A stretch of 64,000 nt of DNA from Trichormus sp. ATA11-4-KO1 (GCA_019358915.1 JAHHIM010000036.1:256001-320000), one strand, 5' to 3'; numbered from the stretch's first letter, positions 38,003 through 47,929 are shown. A program made the numbers and translations. The notes: generated by a model not told the origin, from the letters alone.

Positions 38003-38761
38003 ATGCCAGATAACCAAAGCTTTGAAGAACAATTTCTATCACAGGAAGCTGAACGCAGGCTATCTAACAAACTAGATGAAGCTGAACAAATTGATATAGA
38101 TGTAAAAACTGATATGTTGAAAATTGTTCAGGGACAGGCAAATGAGGTTTCGGTTACAGGTCAAGGATTAGTAATACAAAAAAACATCCGTGTGCAGCAA
38201 ATAAGACTGCAAACAGATAGCATTGCGATCAATCCTTTAAGGGCTATTTTTGGTCAAATTGAACTGAATGAGCCAGTAAATGCGGTTGCTCGTATTGTAC
38301 TCACAGAAGTAGATATTAACCGTGCCTTGACCTCAGACTTCACTCGCAGCTTAGTAGAAAAGTTTAACTTAAATATAGATGGCGAAGTTATCAGCTTTGT
38401 ACCGCAACATATTCAAGTATTTTTACCTGGAGATGGCAAAATCCAAGTTGAGGCAAAAGTACTACTAAAAGCACAGGAAAATACTCACCTTTTAGGTGCC
38501 AGAGTCATCGTACATCCACGAACTAATTCCCAACCCATTATGTTAGAAAGTGTCACCTGTACTGAAGGCAAGGGAATTTCGATAGAATTAATCTTAGCAT
38601 TCATGCATAAGGTAAAAGAGCTAGCAAGCCTCCCATATCTTGAATGGGAAGATATTGCATTTCGGATTATAGATATGGAAGTGCAAAAAGAGAGTATTAT
38701 ACTAATGATAGAAGCTAATGTGAAGCAAATATCTCCATCACAAATTGAATTCATTAATTAG
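38003..38761 (+). CDS. DUF2993/LmeA-family putative phospholipid-binding protein
   Basis: GQANEVSVTGQGL...INPLRAIFGQIEL...VLTEVDINRAL pattern. Confidence 0.75.
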   Translation: MPDNQSFEEQFLSQEAERRLSNKLDEAEQIDIDVKTDMLKIVQGQANEVSVTGQGLVIQKNIRVQQIRLQTDSIAINPLRAIFGQIELNEPVNAVARIVLTEVDINRALTSDFTRSLVEKFNLNIDGEVISFVPQHIQVFLPGDGKIQVEAKVLLKAQENTHLLGARVIVHPRTNSQPIMLESVTCTEGKGISIELILAFMHKVKELASLPYLEWEDIAFRIIDMEVQKESIILMIEANVKQISPSQIEFIN

Positions 38762-38868
38762 CATAACTGGAACTAGTTAAGGCTACTAATTTTTGATAAT
38801 TGTTAATTTAGTAATTTTATATAAAAATTTATAATATTAACAAGTTACTCTATTTCAAAATTACAAAT

Positions 38869-40563
38869 ATGCAAGAGTATGATGTTGTCATGATCGGTGC
38901 AGGACATAACGGGCTAGTTTGTGCTGCTTATTTGTTGAAGGCTGGATATAGTGTCCTATTATTAGAAAAGCGACCAGTTCCAGGGGGTGCAGCAACTACC
39001 GAAGAATGCTTACCCAAAACGGCACTAGGATTTAAATTTAACTTGTGTGCTATTGACCATGAATTTATTCACTTAGGGCCAGTTGTTGCCGAATTAGAAT
39101 TGGAAAAATACGGCTTAGAATATTTGGATTGCGATCCAGTGGTTTTTTGTCCTCATCCTGATGGCAAGTATTTTTTAGCTCACAAGTCTGTAGAAAAAAC
39201 TTGTGCAGAAATCGCCCGTTACAATGAACGCGACGCTAAAAAATATGCAGAATTCACAGACTATTGGCAACGGGCAATCAACGCCATGATTCCCATGTTT
39301 AACGCGCCACCAAAGTCAATTATAGATATTTTTGGCAACTACAATATTCAAAAGTTTAAAGATTTATTTTCAGTAGTTGGTTCTCCATCTAAAAGCCTGG
39401 ATTTTGTTCGCACCATGCTTAACAGTGCTGAGGATATCCTTAACGAGTGGTTCGATGAGGAATTTTTGAAAGCACCACTTTCCCGACTAGCTTCAGAACT
39501 GGGTGCGCCGCCTTCGCAAAAAAACCTAGCCATTGGCGTGATGATGATGTCCATGCGTCACAACCCTGGTATGGCTAGACCTCGCGGCGGTACTGGGGCT
39601 TTGGTGCAAGCATTAGTTAAATTAGTTACTAGTAAAGGTGGCGTTATCTTAACAGAACAGCAGGTAGAAAAAGTATTAGTGGATGATAAAAAGGCTGTAG
39701 GTGTAAGAGTGGCAAATGGCCAAGAATATCGGGCTAAATACGGCGTGATTTCCAATATAGATGCCAAACGTCTATTTTTACAACTAATGGATACTAGCGA
39801 GGTGGATCATGCTGACCCTGAGTTGCGAGAAAGATTAGAACGTCGCATCATTAATAATAACGAAACCATCCTCAAAATAGATTTAGCTTTAGACGAACCC
39901 CTACGTTTTGCATTCCACGCTCACAAAGATGAATATCTTATTGGATCTATTTTAATTGCAGATTCAATGGCTCATGTAGAACAGGCTCATAGTCAATGTA
40001 CTTTGGGAAACATTCCTGATGCTGACCCATCAATGTACGTAGTCATGCCTAGTGCTCTCGACCCCACATTAGCACCACCAGGTAAACATACTTTGTGGAT
40101 TGAGTTTTTTGCTCCTTATCAAATAGCAGGTGCAGAAGGCACAGGTTTGCATGGTACAGGTTGGACGGATGAATTGAAAAATAAAGTTGCAGACAAAGTA
40201 ATTAATAAGTTGGCAGACTATGCACCAAATGTGAAAAAAGCAATTATTGCCCGTCGTGTAGAAAGTCCAGCAGAACTAGGTGAAAGATTAGGTGCATATA
40301 AAGGGAATTATTACCACATTGATATGACCCTAGATCAGATGGTGTTTTTCCGTCCTTTGCCAGAACTAGCTAATTATAAAACACCAATTGATAATTTATT
40401 TTTGACTGGTGCGGGGACGCATCCGGGGGGTTCAATCTCTGGAATGCCAGGACGTAACTGCGCGCGTGTATTTTTGCAGGCAAAACATCCCATGGCGCAA
40501 ACTTTGAGGGATGCCAGAGATTCGATTAAATCAACCGTATGGTCAGTATTTAGAATTGGTTAG
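38869..40563 (+). CDS. crtO: Beta-carotene ketolase, CrtO type (phytoene desaturase family)
   Basis: IGAGHNGLVCAAYL, NLCAIDHEFIHLGP, GNYYHIDM, GAGTHPGGSISGMPGRNCA. Confidence 0.85.
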   Translation: MQEYDVVMIGAGHNGLVCAAYLLKAGYSVLLLEKRPVPGGAATTEECLPKTALGFKFNLCAIDHEFIHLGPVVAELELEKYGLEYLDCDPVVFCPHPDGKYFLAHKSVEKTCAEIARYNERDAKKYAEFTDYWQRAINAMIPMFNAPPKSIIDIFGNYNIQKFKDLFSVVGSPSKSLDFVRTMLNSAEDILNEWFDEEFLKAPLSRLASELGAPPSQKNLAIGVMMMSMRHNPGMARPRGGTGALVQALVKLVTSKGGVILTEQQVEKVLVDDKKAVGVRVANGQEYRAKYGVISNIDAKRLFLQLMDTSEVDHADPELRERLERRIINNNETILKIDLALDEPLRFAFHAHKDEYLIGSILIADSMAHVEQAHSQCTLGNIPDADPSMYVVMPSALDPTLAPPGKHTLWIEFFAPYQIAGAEGTGLHGTGWTDELKNKVADKVINKLADYAPNVKKAIIARRVESPAELGERLGAYKGNYYHIDMTLDQMVFFRPLPELANYKTPIDNLFLTGAGTHPGGSISGMPGRNCARVFLQAKHPMAQTLRDARDSIKSTVWSVFRIG

Positions 40564-40770
40564 TGTAACTAAAAAGCTGTCATGAACTAAGTGAACTAAA
40601 TACAGTGTTACGTGTCCTGACCTCGCTACCTTGCGAATATCCGCAGTTTTTGCCACAAAATCACTCGTCAGTCCTCTCTAATTGTGTTGATTGATTAATT
40701 TTGAGGCACATTTAGGCACGAATTGCCTAAATGTGCGAATATAAAGAAAATCTTAAGAAGGACAAGACTC

Positions 40771-41007
40771 ATGGTGACTGCCAAAATGATGCAACAAATC
40801 TGGGCTGTAATCGAGTCTACCCAAGTCAGCACTTTGCTTCAGTTTGATGATGCTGCCTTAGTACAATTACTTCTCCAGAAGTTAAAAGCCCAGCAAGTGC
40901 TGGACACACAGACAGATAGCACCCTCAATACTTACATCAAATCTAAACTGCCCTTAATTCGCGATACGGCTGAAGGTAGACTATCATTTGGGCAAGGTAA
41001 TCGTTAA
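40771..41007 (+). CDS. Small conserved hypothetical protein
   Basis: MVTAKMMQQIWAVIESTQ...YIKSKLPLIRD; AAGGA RBS before ATG 40771. Confidence 0.65.
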   Translation: MVTAKMMQQIWAVIESTQVSTLLQFDDAALVQLLLQKLKAQQVLDTQTDSTLNTYIKSKLPLIRDTAEGRLSFGQGNR

Positions 41008-41071
41008 GTACAAGAAACGAAATAATTGCTCATGGCTAGTCATTTTCTCAGTATTTAACCAGTACAACATT

Positions 41072-41338
41072 ATGAATCACTGGCTAGTAATTTCCCTGGT
41101 AGCTTATCTAATTGGAGCAGCAATTGAAGGGGTGAGTACAGCCAGTCAGCTATCTCATTCAGCTCCAGAGTTAACTCAAGGCACACAAGACCAATCCCCA
41201 GAATCAGGCACTCCGCCTAGCTCAAGTTGGCGAGTTGTTGCCACTATTGCCTCGGTGAGTATCTGTGGCGCTTTCTGTTGGCCCTGCCGCCTGCTACACC
41301 GTTCAATTAAAGGAAATATTTCATCTAAAGATTTGTAG
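41072..41338 (+). CDS. Small two-TM hypothetical protein
   Basis: Two hydrophobic segments; CWPCRL motif. Confidence 0.55.
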   Translation: MNHWLVISLVAYLIGAAIEGVSTASQLSHSAPELTQGTQDQSPESGTPPSSSWRVVATIASVSICGAFCWPCRLLHRSIKGNISSKDL

Positions 41339-41625
41339 TGCTTCACTTGCTCTGATATTAATAAATTTCTGGATTTATATATTTTTTGTATCTTTATATA
41401 CGGTTATGTATTTTAAGTGCGTAATATAAAAGTTTAAATTTGTTAATTTTTTTTAGACTAGTGACTCTTTGATCAAAGAGTATGGTGTATTCTCAGAAGA
41501 AATTTCCCTAGTTTTGGTAAGTAGTTTGAAAATTATAGGCGATCGCTACCGTCAATAATTAAGACAAAATCGTAGCACAAATTATTACAGCAATTATTTC
41601 ACAGGCAATATTGCATATCGTCAGC

Positions 41626-41971
41626 AGGCACGAAGAAAAGGTACTAAACTTTAGGCTTGAAAGCATAAACCCGGAGTTTAATAACCTATCTTCCTGCCTA
41701 AACTCCTAAAATACCTTAAAGGTTCCCTAGCCGAGAGATTAATAGGGTACTTTGGAGTGTCCTATCACCTAGAAGCCTAAGCTGGTGAATCTACTAGACT
41801 TCTCATCACCTGTTAATACAGCAAAAATGAGATATTTACGACAGTCACAGTCAACCAACCCATAATCCGGTTAAGTAGATGTCGTTAGGTCTAGAAAAGC
41901 CCGCAATGTTTTCAGGTGTGATGCAAAGCAGGCTGAAATAGGTTCATAGGTTAAGCACTAACCTGTGACTT
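41626..41971 (+). ncRNA. Candidate ~350-nt structured non-coding RNA, family unassigned
   Basis: Series of helices including a three-way junction, with G-U pairs that work only on the + strand; no ORF. Confidence 0.5.
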
Positions 41972-42131
41972 ATGTACTATATATTACTAAAGTAGTAAAA
42001 AGTATCGCTCTATAGAGTGTTGTTTGCTTGATAGTTGTATGTTATGTACAAATATCAACATTTACTATGGTTTGCATTAGTTTATTTAGTAGCTCACTGT
42101 TTCATCAGCTTTGTTATTGATGAATGTGAAT

Positions 42132-42818
42132 TCAACACTCAAAATTGTTGTATGTGAGGTAACGTGTAAACCACTCACTCGCCAGTTGCGCCACTGTTTC
42201 CAAAGCGCCTGGTTCTTCAAATAAATGAGTTGCTCTGGGAACAATTTCCAATCGTTTTTGAGTTCGTAACTGTTTGAGTGCATCCTCATTCATCTCTATC
42301 ACTTGTATGTCGTATCCGCCAACAATGAGCAACGTTGGTGCTTTGACGTGAGGTAATGCTGAACCCGCTAAGTCAGGGCGTCCACCGCGAGATACAACAG
42401 CTTTGACAGACTGCGGGCGTTTTGCTGCTGCGACCAAGGCTGCACCGCCTCCTGTACTAGCTCCAAAGTAACCAACTTTGAGGTGAAGGGTATGTGGGTT
42501 CTGTGCTAACCAATCTGTACTATCAACTAACCGTGATGCCAATAACTCAATATCAAAGCGTAAATGTCGTGTCCGTAAATCAATTGCTTCCTCATCAGGA
42601 GTAAGCAAATCAATTAGCAAATTTGCCAATCCTGCATTTTGTAAGACTTTGGCAACATATCGATTTCGAGGACTGTGGCGACTACTACCACTGCCATGAG
42701 CAAATATTACTATAGCTGTAGCATTATCTGGAATCACCAAATTGCCCTCTAGCTTCACATCACCTGCTGTCACTGACACCAGATGTTCGTGGTAGTTTTG
42801 TGTTGATGTCATGTCCAC
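42132..42818 (-). CDS. Dienelactone-hydrolase-family alpha/beta hydrolase
   Basis: FAHGSGSSRHSPRN, GASTG, SRGGRPD, ATHLFEE. Confidence 0.88.
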   Translation of the reverse strand: MDMTSTQNYHEHLVSVTAGDVKLEGNLVIPDNATAIVIFAHGSGSSRHSPRNRYVAKVLQNAGLANLLIDLLTPDEEAIDLRTRHLRFDIELLASRLVDSTDWLAQNPHTLHLKVGYFGASTGGGAALVAAAKRPQSVKAVVSRGGRPDLAGSALPHVKAPTLLIVGGYDIQVIEMNEDALKQLRTQKRLEIVPRATHLFEEPGALETVAQLASEWFTRYLTYNNFEC

Positions 42819-43012
42819 TGACTAAACCTCCGTGTACGAGTCTTTAGTTATCAGTAGCTTTTGTTCTATCCAGAGTTCACATATCTCTGCAACGCCTCAG
42901 AGTTTTTTATGTGTTATGTCCCAACTTGATGGTTATTCAGTAGCTTTTCTATTGGTAGCCCTTTCAAGGTGGATAAAAATTATAGTCAAAACATTCGTTT
43001 TTAAAATCTTTA

Positions 43013-43085
43013 CTCTGTGTCCTCTGCGTCTCTGTGGTTAAATAAATTACTTTTTAAACCACAGAGGCACAGAGAACGCGGAGAG
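43013..43085. repeat. Inverted pair of triple 8-9-bp repeats
   Basis: CTCTGTGTC-CTCTGCGT-CTCTGTGGTT ... AACCACAGAG-GCACAGAG-AACGCGGAG. Confidence 0.8.
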
Positions 43086-43150
43086 AAAGAAGGAATTTTA
43101 TGAGTCACCTTGAAAGGGCTACTTTTCTATTGGTTACCAATTGAAAATAT

Positions 43151-43266
43151 GGCGTTGCATATTTGCGGGATGATTTTGCTGGTTTTGTGGGATGGGCAGC
43201 GTTCGACTGAGCGCTCAGTCGAACGCTGCCCACCCTACAAGAATCATCCCTTGATTCAGCAACGCC
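43151..43266. mobile_element. MITE containing a REP-like hairpin with a 40-bp perfect palindrome
   Basis: Ends GGCGTTGC...GGGATGATT / AATCATCCC...GCAACGCC; palindrome at 43193-43232. Confidence 0.78.
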
Positions 43267-43514
43267 GAAAATATCAGTCGTCGGGAGGATGAGGTGAAAT
43301 CTTTATATCTTTTTATTTAATTATTCTTGCTAGTACCTTCTACATATTATGATAACGCCGAATCATCCAAAAATTGTTGCCAAAAGATGGAAATATAAAT
43401 ACCAATACTACGCCTACTGGAAGGGATGTAGAAAGTATCCTCTACTTAATTCAGGGGTTGGTAGTTCATAAAGATGTAAGCTAACAGAAAAGATATAAAT
43501 CATCTCATGATCTT

Positions 43515-44288
43515 ATGCAGCAGTCTACATCTAGAAACTACTGGGATTTTGTCCGGCAACTTGCTACACTATCCGCGATTATCGGTGCTTTTGTTGTCAA
43601 TATAGTATCGAACATCTTTCCACTCAATGAACTAAGCATAGGAGAAATTGCTAACACATTGTTCAAAAATGTTTTGATTATCCCTGCTAACTATGCCTTT
43701 GCCATTTGGGGATTGATTTACCTAGGGTTATTCGCATTGGCAATTTACCAGTTTCTTCCCAATGAAAAACACGATTTGGACTTACGCAAAACAGGATATT
43801 TCTTAGTAATTGCTTCTATTGCTCAAATTATCTGGGTTTATCTTTTTCTCTCCAGGCTGTTTGTTCTTTCTGTAATTGCAATGCTTTTGATTTTGCTACC
43901 ACTGATAGGAATTTATTTGCAGCTAGGGATTGGTAAAAAGCGTATAACTTGGAGCAAGAAGTGGTTTGTGCATTTTCCTATCAGCATTTATCTAGGCTGG
44001 ATTAGCGTAGCAACTATTGTCAATGTAGCCAGTGCCTTGGATTTCCAGGGGTGGGACGGGTGGGGCATCTCTGCTGAATTATGGGCTGTGATGATGTTGT
44101 TGGCTGCTTTCGCAATTGCAGCAGTTATTGCCATTCAGCGTCAAGACATTGCTTACACAGGAGTCACCGTGTGGGCATTAGTTGCGATCGCACTCAAGAA
44201 CTGGAACAATTTTTTACTCAGGAATGTGTCCTTAATTTTGGCAATTATCCTTGTTCTCATCATGACAATTAAAAGGTTACGAAAATGA
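43515..44288 (+). CDS. TspO/MBR-like tryptophan-rich membrane protein
   Basis: PANYAFAIWGLIY, SIYLGWISVATIVN; multiple TM helices. Confidence 0.78.
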   Translation: MQQSTSRNYWDFVRQLATLSAIIGAFVVNIVSNIFPLNELSIGEIANTLFKNVLIIPANYAFAIWGLIYLGLFALAIYQFLPNEKHDLDLRKTGYFLVIASIAQIIWVYLFLSRLFVLSVIAMLLILLPLIGIYLQLGIGKKRITWSKKWFVHFPISIYLGWISVATIVNVASALDFQGWDGWGISAELWAVMMLLAAFAIAAVIAIQRQDIAYTGVTVWALVAIALKNWNNFLLRNVSLILAIILVLIMTIKRLRK

Positions 44289-45235
44289 ACACTGATAGCG
44301 ATCACATCTCCCGCGACCATCCTTTGATTCAGACAATACATACTGCTGTCAAAGGAAGAGCTAGATATAAAGTATATGGACTTCAACATTCGCAAACTTG
44401 CAAAAGATACCTGGAATTTAAATTGTCACAAGACAAGAAAATTTCACACGCTTTTGCTAATTCTTTGACAGGAAATGTTCTTGTTAATTTCTCTTCAGAT
44501 TTCAGTTCTCATGATATCGCTTTGCTCCTCCAGATGATTATTTTAGATTACATAAAGGAGGTCAAAAAACTACCTGGAGAAAATGTTTATATCGATACAG
44601 CACCAAAAATAGACCAAGTAGGCAGTGAATTCGTTTTGGTATCAGGTATAGTCTCTACTCTGGTGTTTAGCACCGGAATTATATACAAATATGGTGTGGA
44701 TAAAGTCATATTGCTGACAATTCAAAAACTGCATACACCACTATTTGATTATATTATGTTGGGGATAACTTTGCTTGGTGAACCACTCATTTTCCTGTTG
44801 ATTTGTTTGGGATGGGAACTTAATTGGCTTTATTATAATCGTCAATGGCAAGCAACTAGTTTGGGCCTAGTTACATCTGGTGCAATAAGCTTAAATTATT
44901 TACTGAAATTGCTGTTTGGCAGGGCACGTCCAGTATTATGGAACCGTTTGGTTAATGTGAGTCACCACAGTTTTCCTAGCGGTCATGCCATGGGGGCAAT
45001 GATGATTTATGGTTTCATTGGCTATGTTCTGGCAGAACAATTTCCTCAATGGCAGAAACAAATTTTCGCCTTAACTGTGATCTTAATTGTTGCCATAGGT
45101 TTTAGTCGCCTGTATCTGGGAGTACACTGGCCTACTGATGTACTAGCTGGTTATGCCGTAGGTTTAGGATGTTTAATTGCTTGTATTTTCATTTGGGAGT
45201 TGGAGCAAAAGTATCGTTTTTCCGGGAGATATTAG
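44285..45235 (+). CDS. PAP2-family phosphatase with N-terminal HMA-like domain
   Basis: KLLFGRARP, SFPSGH, SRLYLGVHWPTDV; N-terminal IHTAVKGRARY...ANSLTGNVLV. Confidence 0.88.
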   Translation: MNTDSDHISRDHPLIQTIHTAVKGRARYKVYGLQHSQTCKRYLEFKLSQDKKISHAFANSLTGNVLVNFSSDFSSHDIALLLQMIILDYIKEVKKLPGENVYIDTAPKIDQVGSEFVLVSGIVSTLVFSTGIIYKYGVDKVILLTIQKLHTPLFDYIMLGITLLGEPLIFLLICLGWELNWLYYNRQWQATSLGLVTSGAISLNYLLKLLFGRARPVLWNRLVNVSHHSFPSGHAMGAMMIYGFIGYVLAEQFPQWQKQIFALTVILIVAIGFSRLYLGVHWPTDVLAGYAVGLGCLIACIFIWELEQKYRFSGRY

Positions 45236-45332
45236 GAAGCATCTTCAAAGCAACTTAATCTGTGATGAAAAGTTAATGATATTTATGAAGTCTTAAGAGT
45301 TATCATCGTTACCAAGGGTTAAGTTCAAAAGC

Positions 45333-45896
45333 TTGCAAAAAGTGAACTATTCCAAAGTTTACACTTCAAAGCAAGGCTGTCCTATTAATTTGGTTGGCAA
45401 AACGGGACAAGCGGTGCAAATTTCCATTCATTTACCCAGTCAATATATCTGTGCCAATCGCGAACGGATATTACCAGATTGGAAACAACGACCTGGTTTA
45501 TGGGTTGTGATTGTCTTACAGCAATCACGATTTCAACTAGTAAAAAGTACAGTAGAGATAGAGATAGAGAAAGAACATTTGCGGGAAAAGTTTATGAGAT
45601 TTGGCTGTGACTTGGCATTTAAGTTGCGCGATCGCGGTTATCTTACAGACCTCATCGACCCCCGTACTGGCTATCCCCTACTATCTCATCCAGGAGCAAT
45701 TCCTCACAACGATACAGCAGTGGTGAAAGCTTTGCTCAACTATCCCGTAATTAAAAATGAATGTTGTGTCCTAGTGCATCCAATTTGGGGTGCGGCAGTT
45801 TATCCCAGTGTCATAATATCAGAAGCCCCACCAATTATTATGGAATATTTCGTCAAAGAGATTGCTCCTGTGCATGGATGGAATCAACAGTCTTAA
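45333..45896 (+). CDS. MMADHC (CblD)-like protein
   Basis: EKEHLREKF...DLIDPRTGYP...CCVLVHPIWGAAVYPS pattern. Confidence 0.7.
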   Translation: MQKVNYSKVYTSKQGCPINLVGKTGQAVQISIHLPSQYICANRERILPDWKQRPGLWVVIVLQQSRFQLVKSTVEIEIEKEHLREKFMRFGCDLAFKLRDRGYLTDLIDPRTGYPLLSHPGAIPHNDTAVVKALLNYPVIKNECCVLVHPIWGAAVYPSVIISEAPPIIMEYFVKEIAPVHGWNQQS

Positions 45897-45936
45897 AAAT
45901 GGGGAGTAGGGGGGTTTGTAGTCAACAGTAGAAACT

Positions 45937-46925
45937 ATGATATTGCAACCCTCCAATCATGCAGCTTGCTACTTCCCCCTGATGAGTGGACGCTATGAAG
46001 TTAAGCCGGGGATGATGCCTTTTGGTTGCTGTTTGGGTAATGGTCAGGCTGACCAGCAGGTGTTTCAAATCGATGATAATTTTACTGATTACCGCCAGAG
46101 TAAACTTTTAGCTCGTGCAGAACGGTTGAGCAAATACTACCAGACCTCTAATTATTCTCAGGCTGTAGCAGGTGCGATCGCTCGTTTAATAATTACTCGC
46201 CTCACCCAAGAACACCCACAGTATTTTGATTGCCAAAAAATAGCCAATACCCTCATCTTCCATAACCAACTTACCCAAGAAACCCTCTGCTTAAATACAG
46301 ATTGGCAGTTACAGCAGGTACAAGGTAGTCAAGTTGTTCCCGCTTACGCCTCTATCCTTGATGCTTTAGCCGCGCAGGTAAGGAAGATTTCACCGTTGTC
46401 TGTCGTGCTGAAGATGGTAGCAATTGGCTGAGTGCAGTACATCTTTGCTATCCCAATCATTGGTCAGCCGAGGAAAAAATTGGCAAAAACTTTGCTGCTA
46501 TCCATGCACCCGTAGCCGGTATGGAAAAAATCAATCGCCGAGCGGATGCGATCGTCAATACAATGATTACTCAGAAACCAATGGTACGGTTCGCCTGGGG
46601 TTTAAGTACAGACACTCGCCTCAACCATCATCCCGAACCACCGCCTGATGTGTCAGTCAATGATTGGCAAGGTAGAAGCTTTGACCAGCAGCAACCGCAA
46701 CTTTACTTACGAATTGAACGACAGGTGATTTGGGGATTACCAGAATATGAAGCGGCGTTGTTTACTATTCGTACCTACTTTAGAGATTGCAGTGTGGTTA
46801 AACAAGACCCAGTATTACGGTCTAAACTTTACGCTGCAATTGAGTCTATGACGTTAGCATCGCTGGTGTATAAAAGATTGACAGAGAGTAAAGATAGTAT
46901 TTTGCAATGGCTAGATGAGATTTGA
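45937..46925 (+). pseudogene. DUF3445 / heme-dependent oxidative N-demethylase alpha-like gene, frameshifted near 46381
   Basis: Restoring one base gives AAQV(Q)EDF...VHLCYPNHWSAEEKIG...IHAPV, in frame with RFAW...LRIERQ...LFTIRTY. Confidence 0.78.
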
Positions 46926-46972
46926 TTATTAAACTTCTGTTGAAAATGCTCCCTTAATTTTTGGCTAGATTG

Positions 46973-47929
46973 TCAACTAATCTCCAAATTTTTGGCTTCA
47001 TCCTTGACTTTCTCAATTTTACTGTAACCTGTTTCTTTAACAAATTTCTTTGCCGCCTCAATCAGATACTCATAATAGGTACGAGCGACGATAGATAACT
47101 GTTTCCCAGAGGGATGCACCATATACCAAGTTCGTTGAATGGGAAAGTGTTCTACATCCAAAATGCTGAATTCTGTAGAGTCTGGCATCAAAGTATGACG
47201 AGATAAAACAGAAATTCCTAAACCCCCCGCGATCGCTTGTTTAATTGCTTCATTACTCCCTAATTCCAGTTTAACTTTTACTTTCACCCCATGTTCTTCA
47301 AACAGCTGTTGTACAGCCTGGCGAGTTCCTGAACCCGGTTCTCGCATAATAAAAGGTTCATTTGTTAAACGTTGGATGGAGATATTTTTCTCTTTGGCTA
47401 AGGGATGATTAACGGGAGCAAACACTACTAAGGGATTATCTAAAAATGGCTGATAGCTGACATCTAGATGATCTGGGACTTGACTCATAATGTACAAGTC
47501 ATCCATATTATTGCTCATCCGTTCCAAGATGCGTTCGTGGTTCGTTACTTGCAGCGAAATCTCAATTCCTGGATAAAGTTGACAAAATGGGCCTAATAAA
47601 CGGGGGATAAAATACTTTGCCGTTGTAATCACTGCTAAGCGCAATTGGCCTTGTTTGAGACCTTTTAAATTAGCCACAGTCATTTCAAACTGGGCTATGG
47701 TTTCAAAAATTTGCCGACAAGTAGCAAATAATTCTCGTCCTGCTTCTGTTAAGAATAAACGTTTTCCTACCTGCTCAAATAGTGGCAACCCTACCGATTT
47801 TGTGAGTTGTTTAATTTGCATGGATACGGTGGGTTGGGTAAGAAATAATTCTTCCGCCGCACGAGTAAAGCTACTGTGCCGTGCTGCTGCCTCAAACACT
47901 TTCAACTGGTGTAGCGTCGCCTGATTCAA
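46973..47929 (-). CDS. cmpR: LysR-type carbon regulator of the CmpR/NdhR clade
   Basis: ATLHQLKVF...AEELFLTQPTVS, TTAKYFIPRLLG, REPGSGTR, SNEAIKQA; position directly after ccmO favours CmpR. Confidence 0.8.
   Translation of the reverse strand: MNQATLHQLKVFEAAARHSSFTRAAEELFLTQPTVSMQIKQLTKSVGLPLFEQVGKRLFLTEAGRELFATCRQIFETIAQFEMTVANLKGLKQGQLRLAVITTAKYFIPRLLGPFCQLYPGIEISLQVTNHERILERMSNNMDDLYIMSQVPDHLDVSYQPFLDNPLVVFAPVNHPLAKEKNISIQRLTNEPFIMREPGSGTRQAVQQLFEEHGVKVKVKLELGSNEAIKQAIAGGLGISVLSRHTLMPDSTEFSILDVEHFPIQRTWYMVHPSGKQLSIVARTYYEYLIEAAKKFVKETGYSKIEKVKDEAKNLEIS

Noticed and set aside
42832..43292. Short ORFs 42832-43041 and 43110-43292
   Set aside because: Partly made of repeat elements; no RBS or motif support
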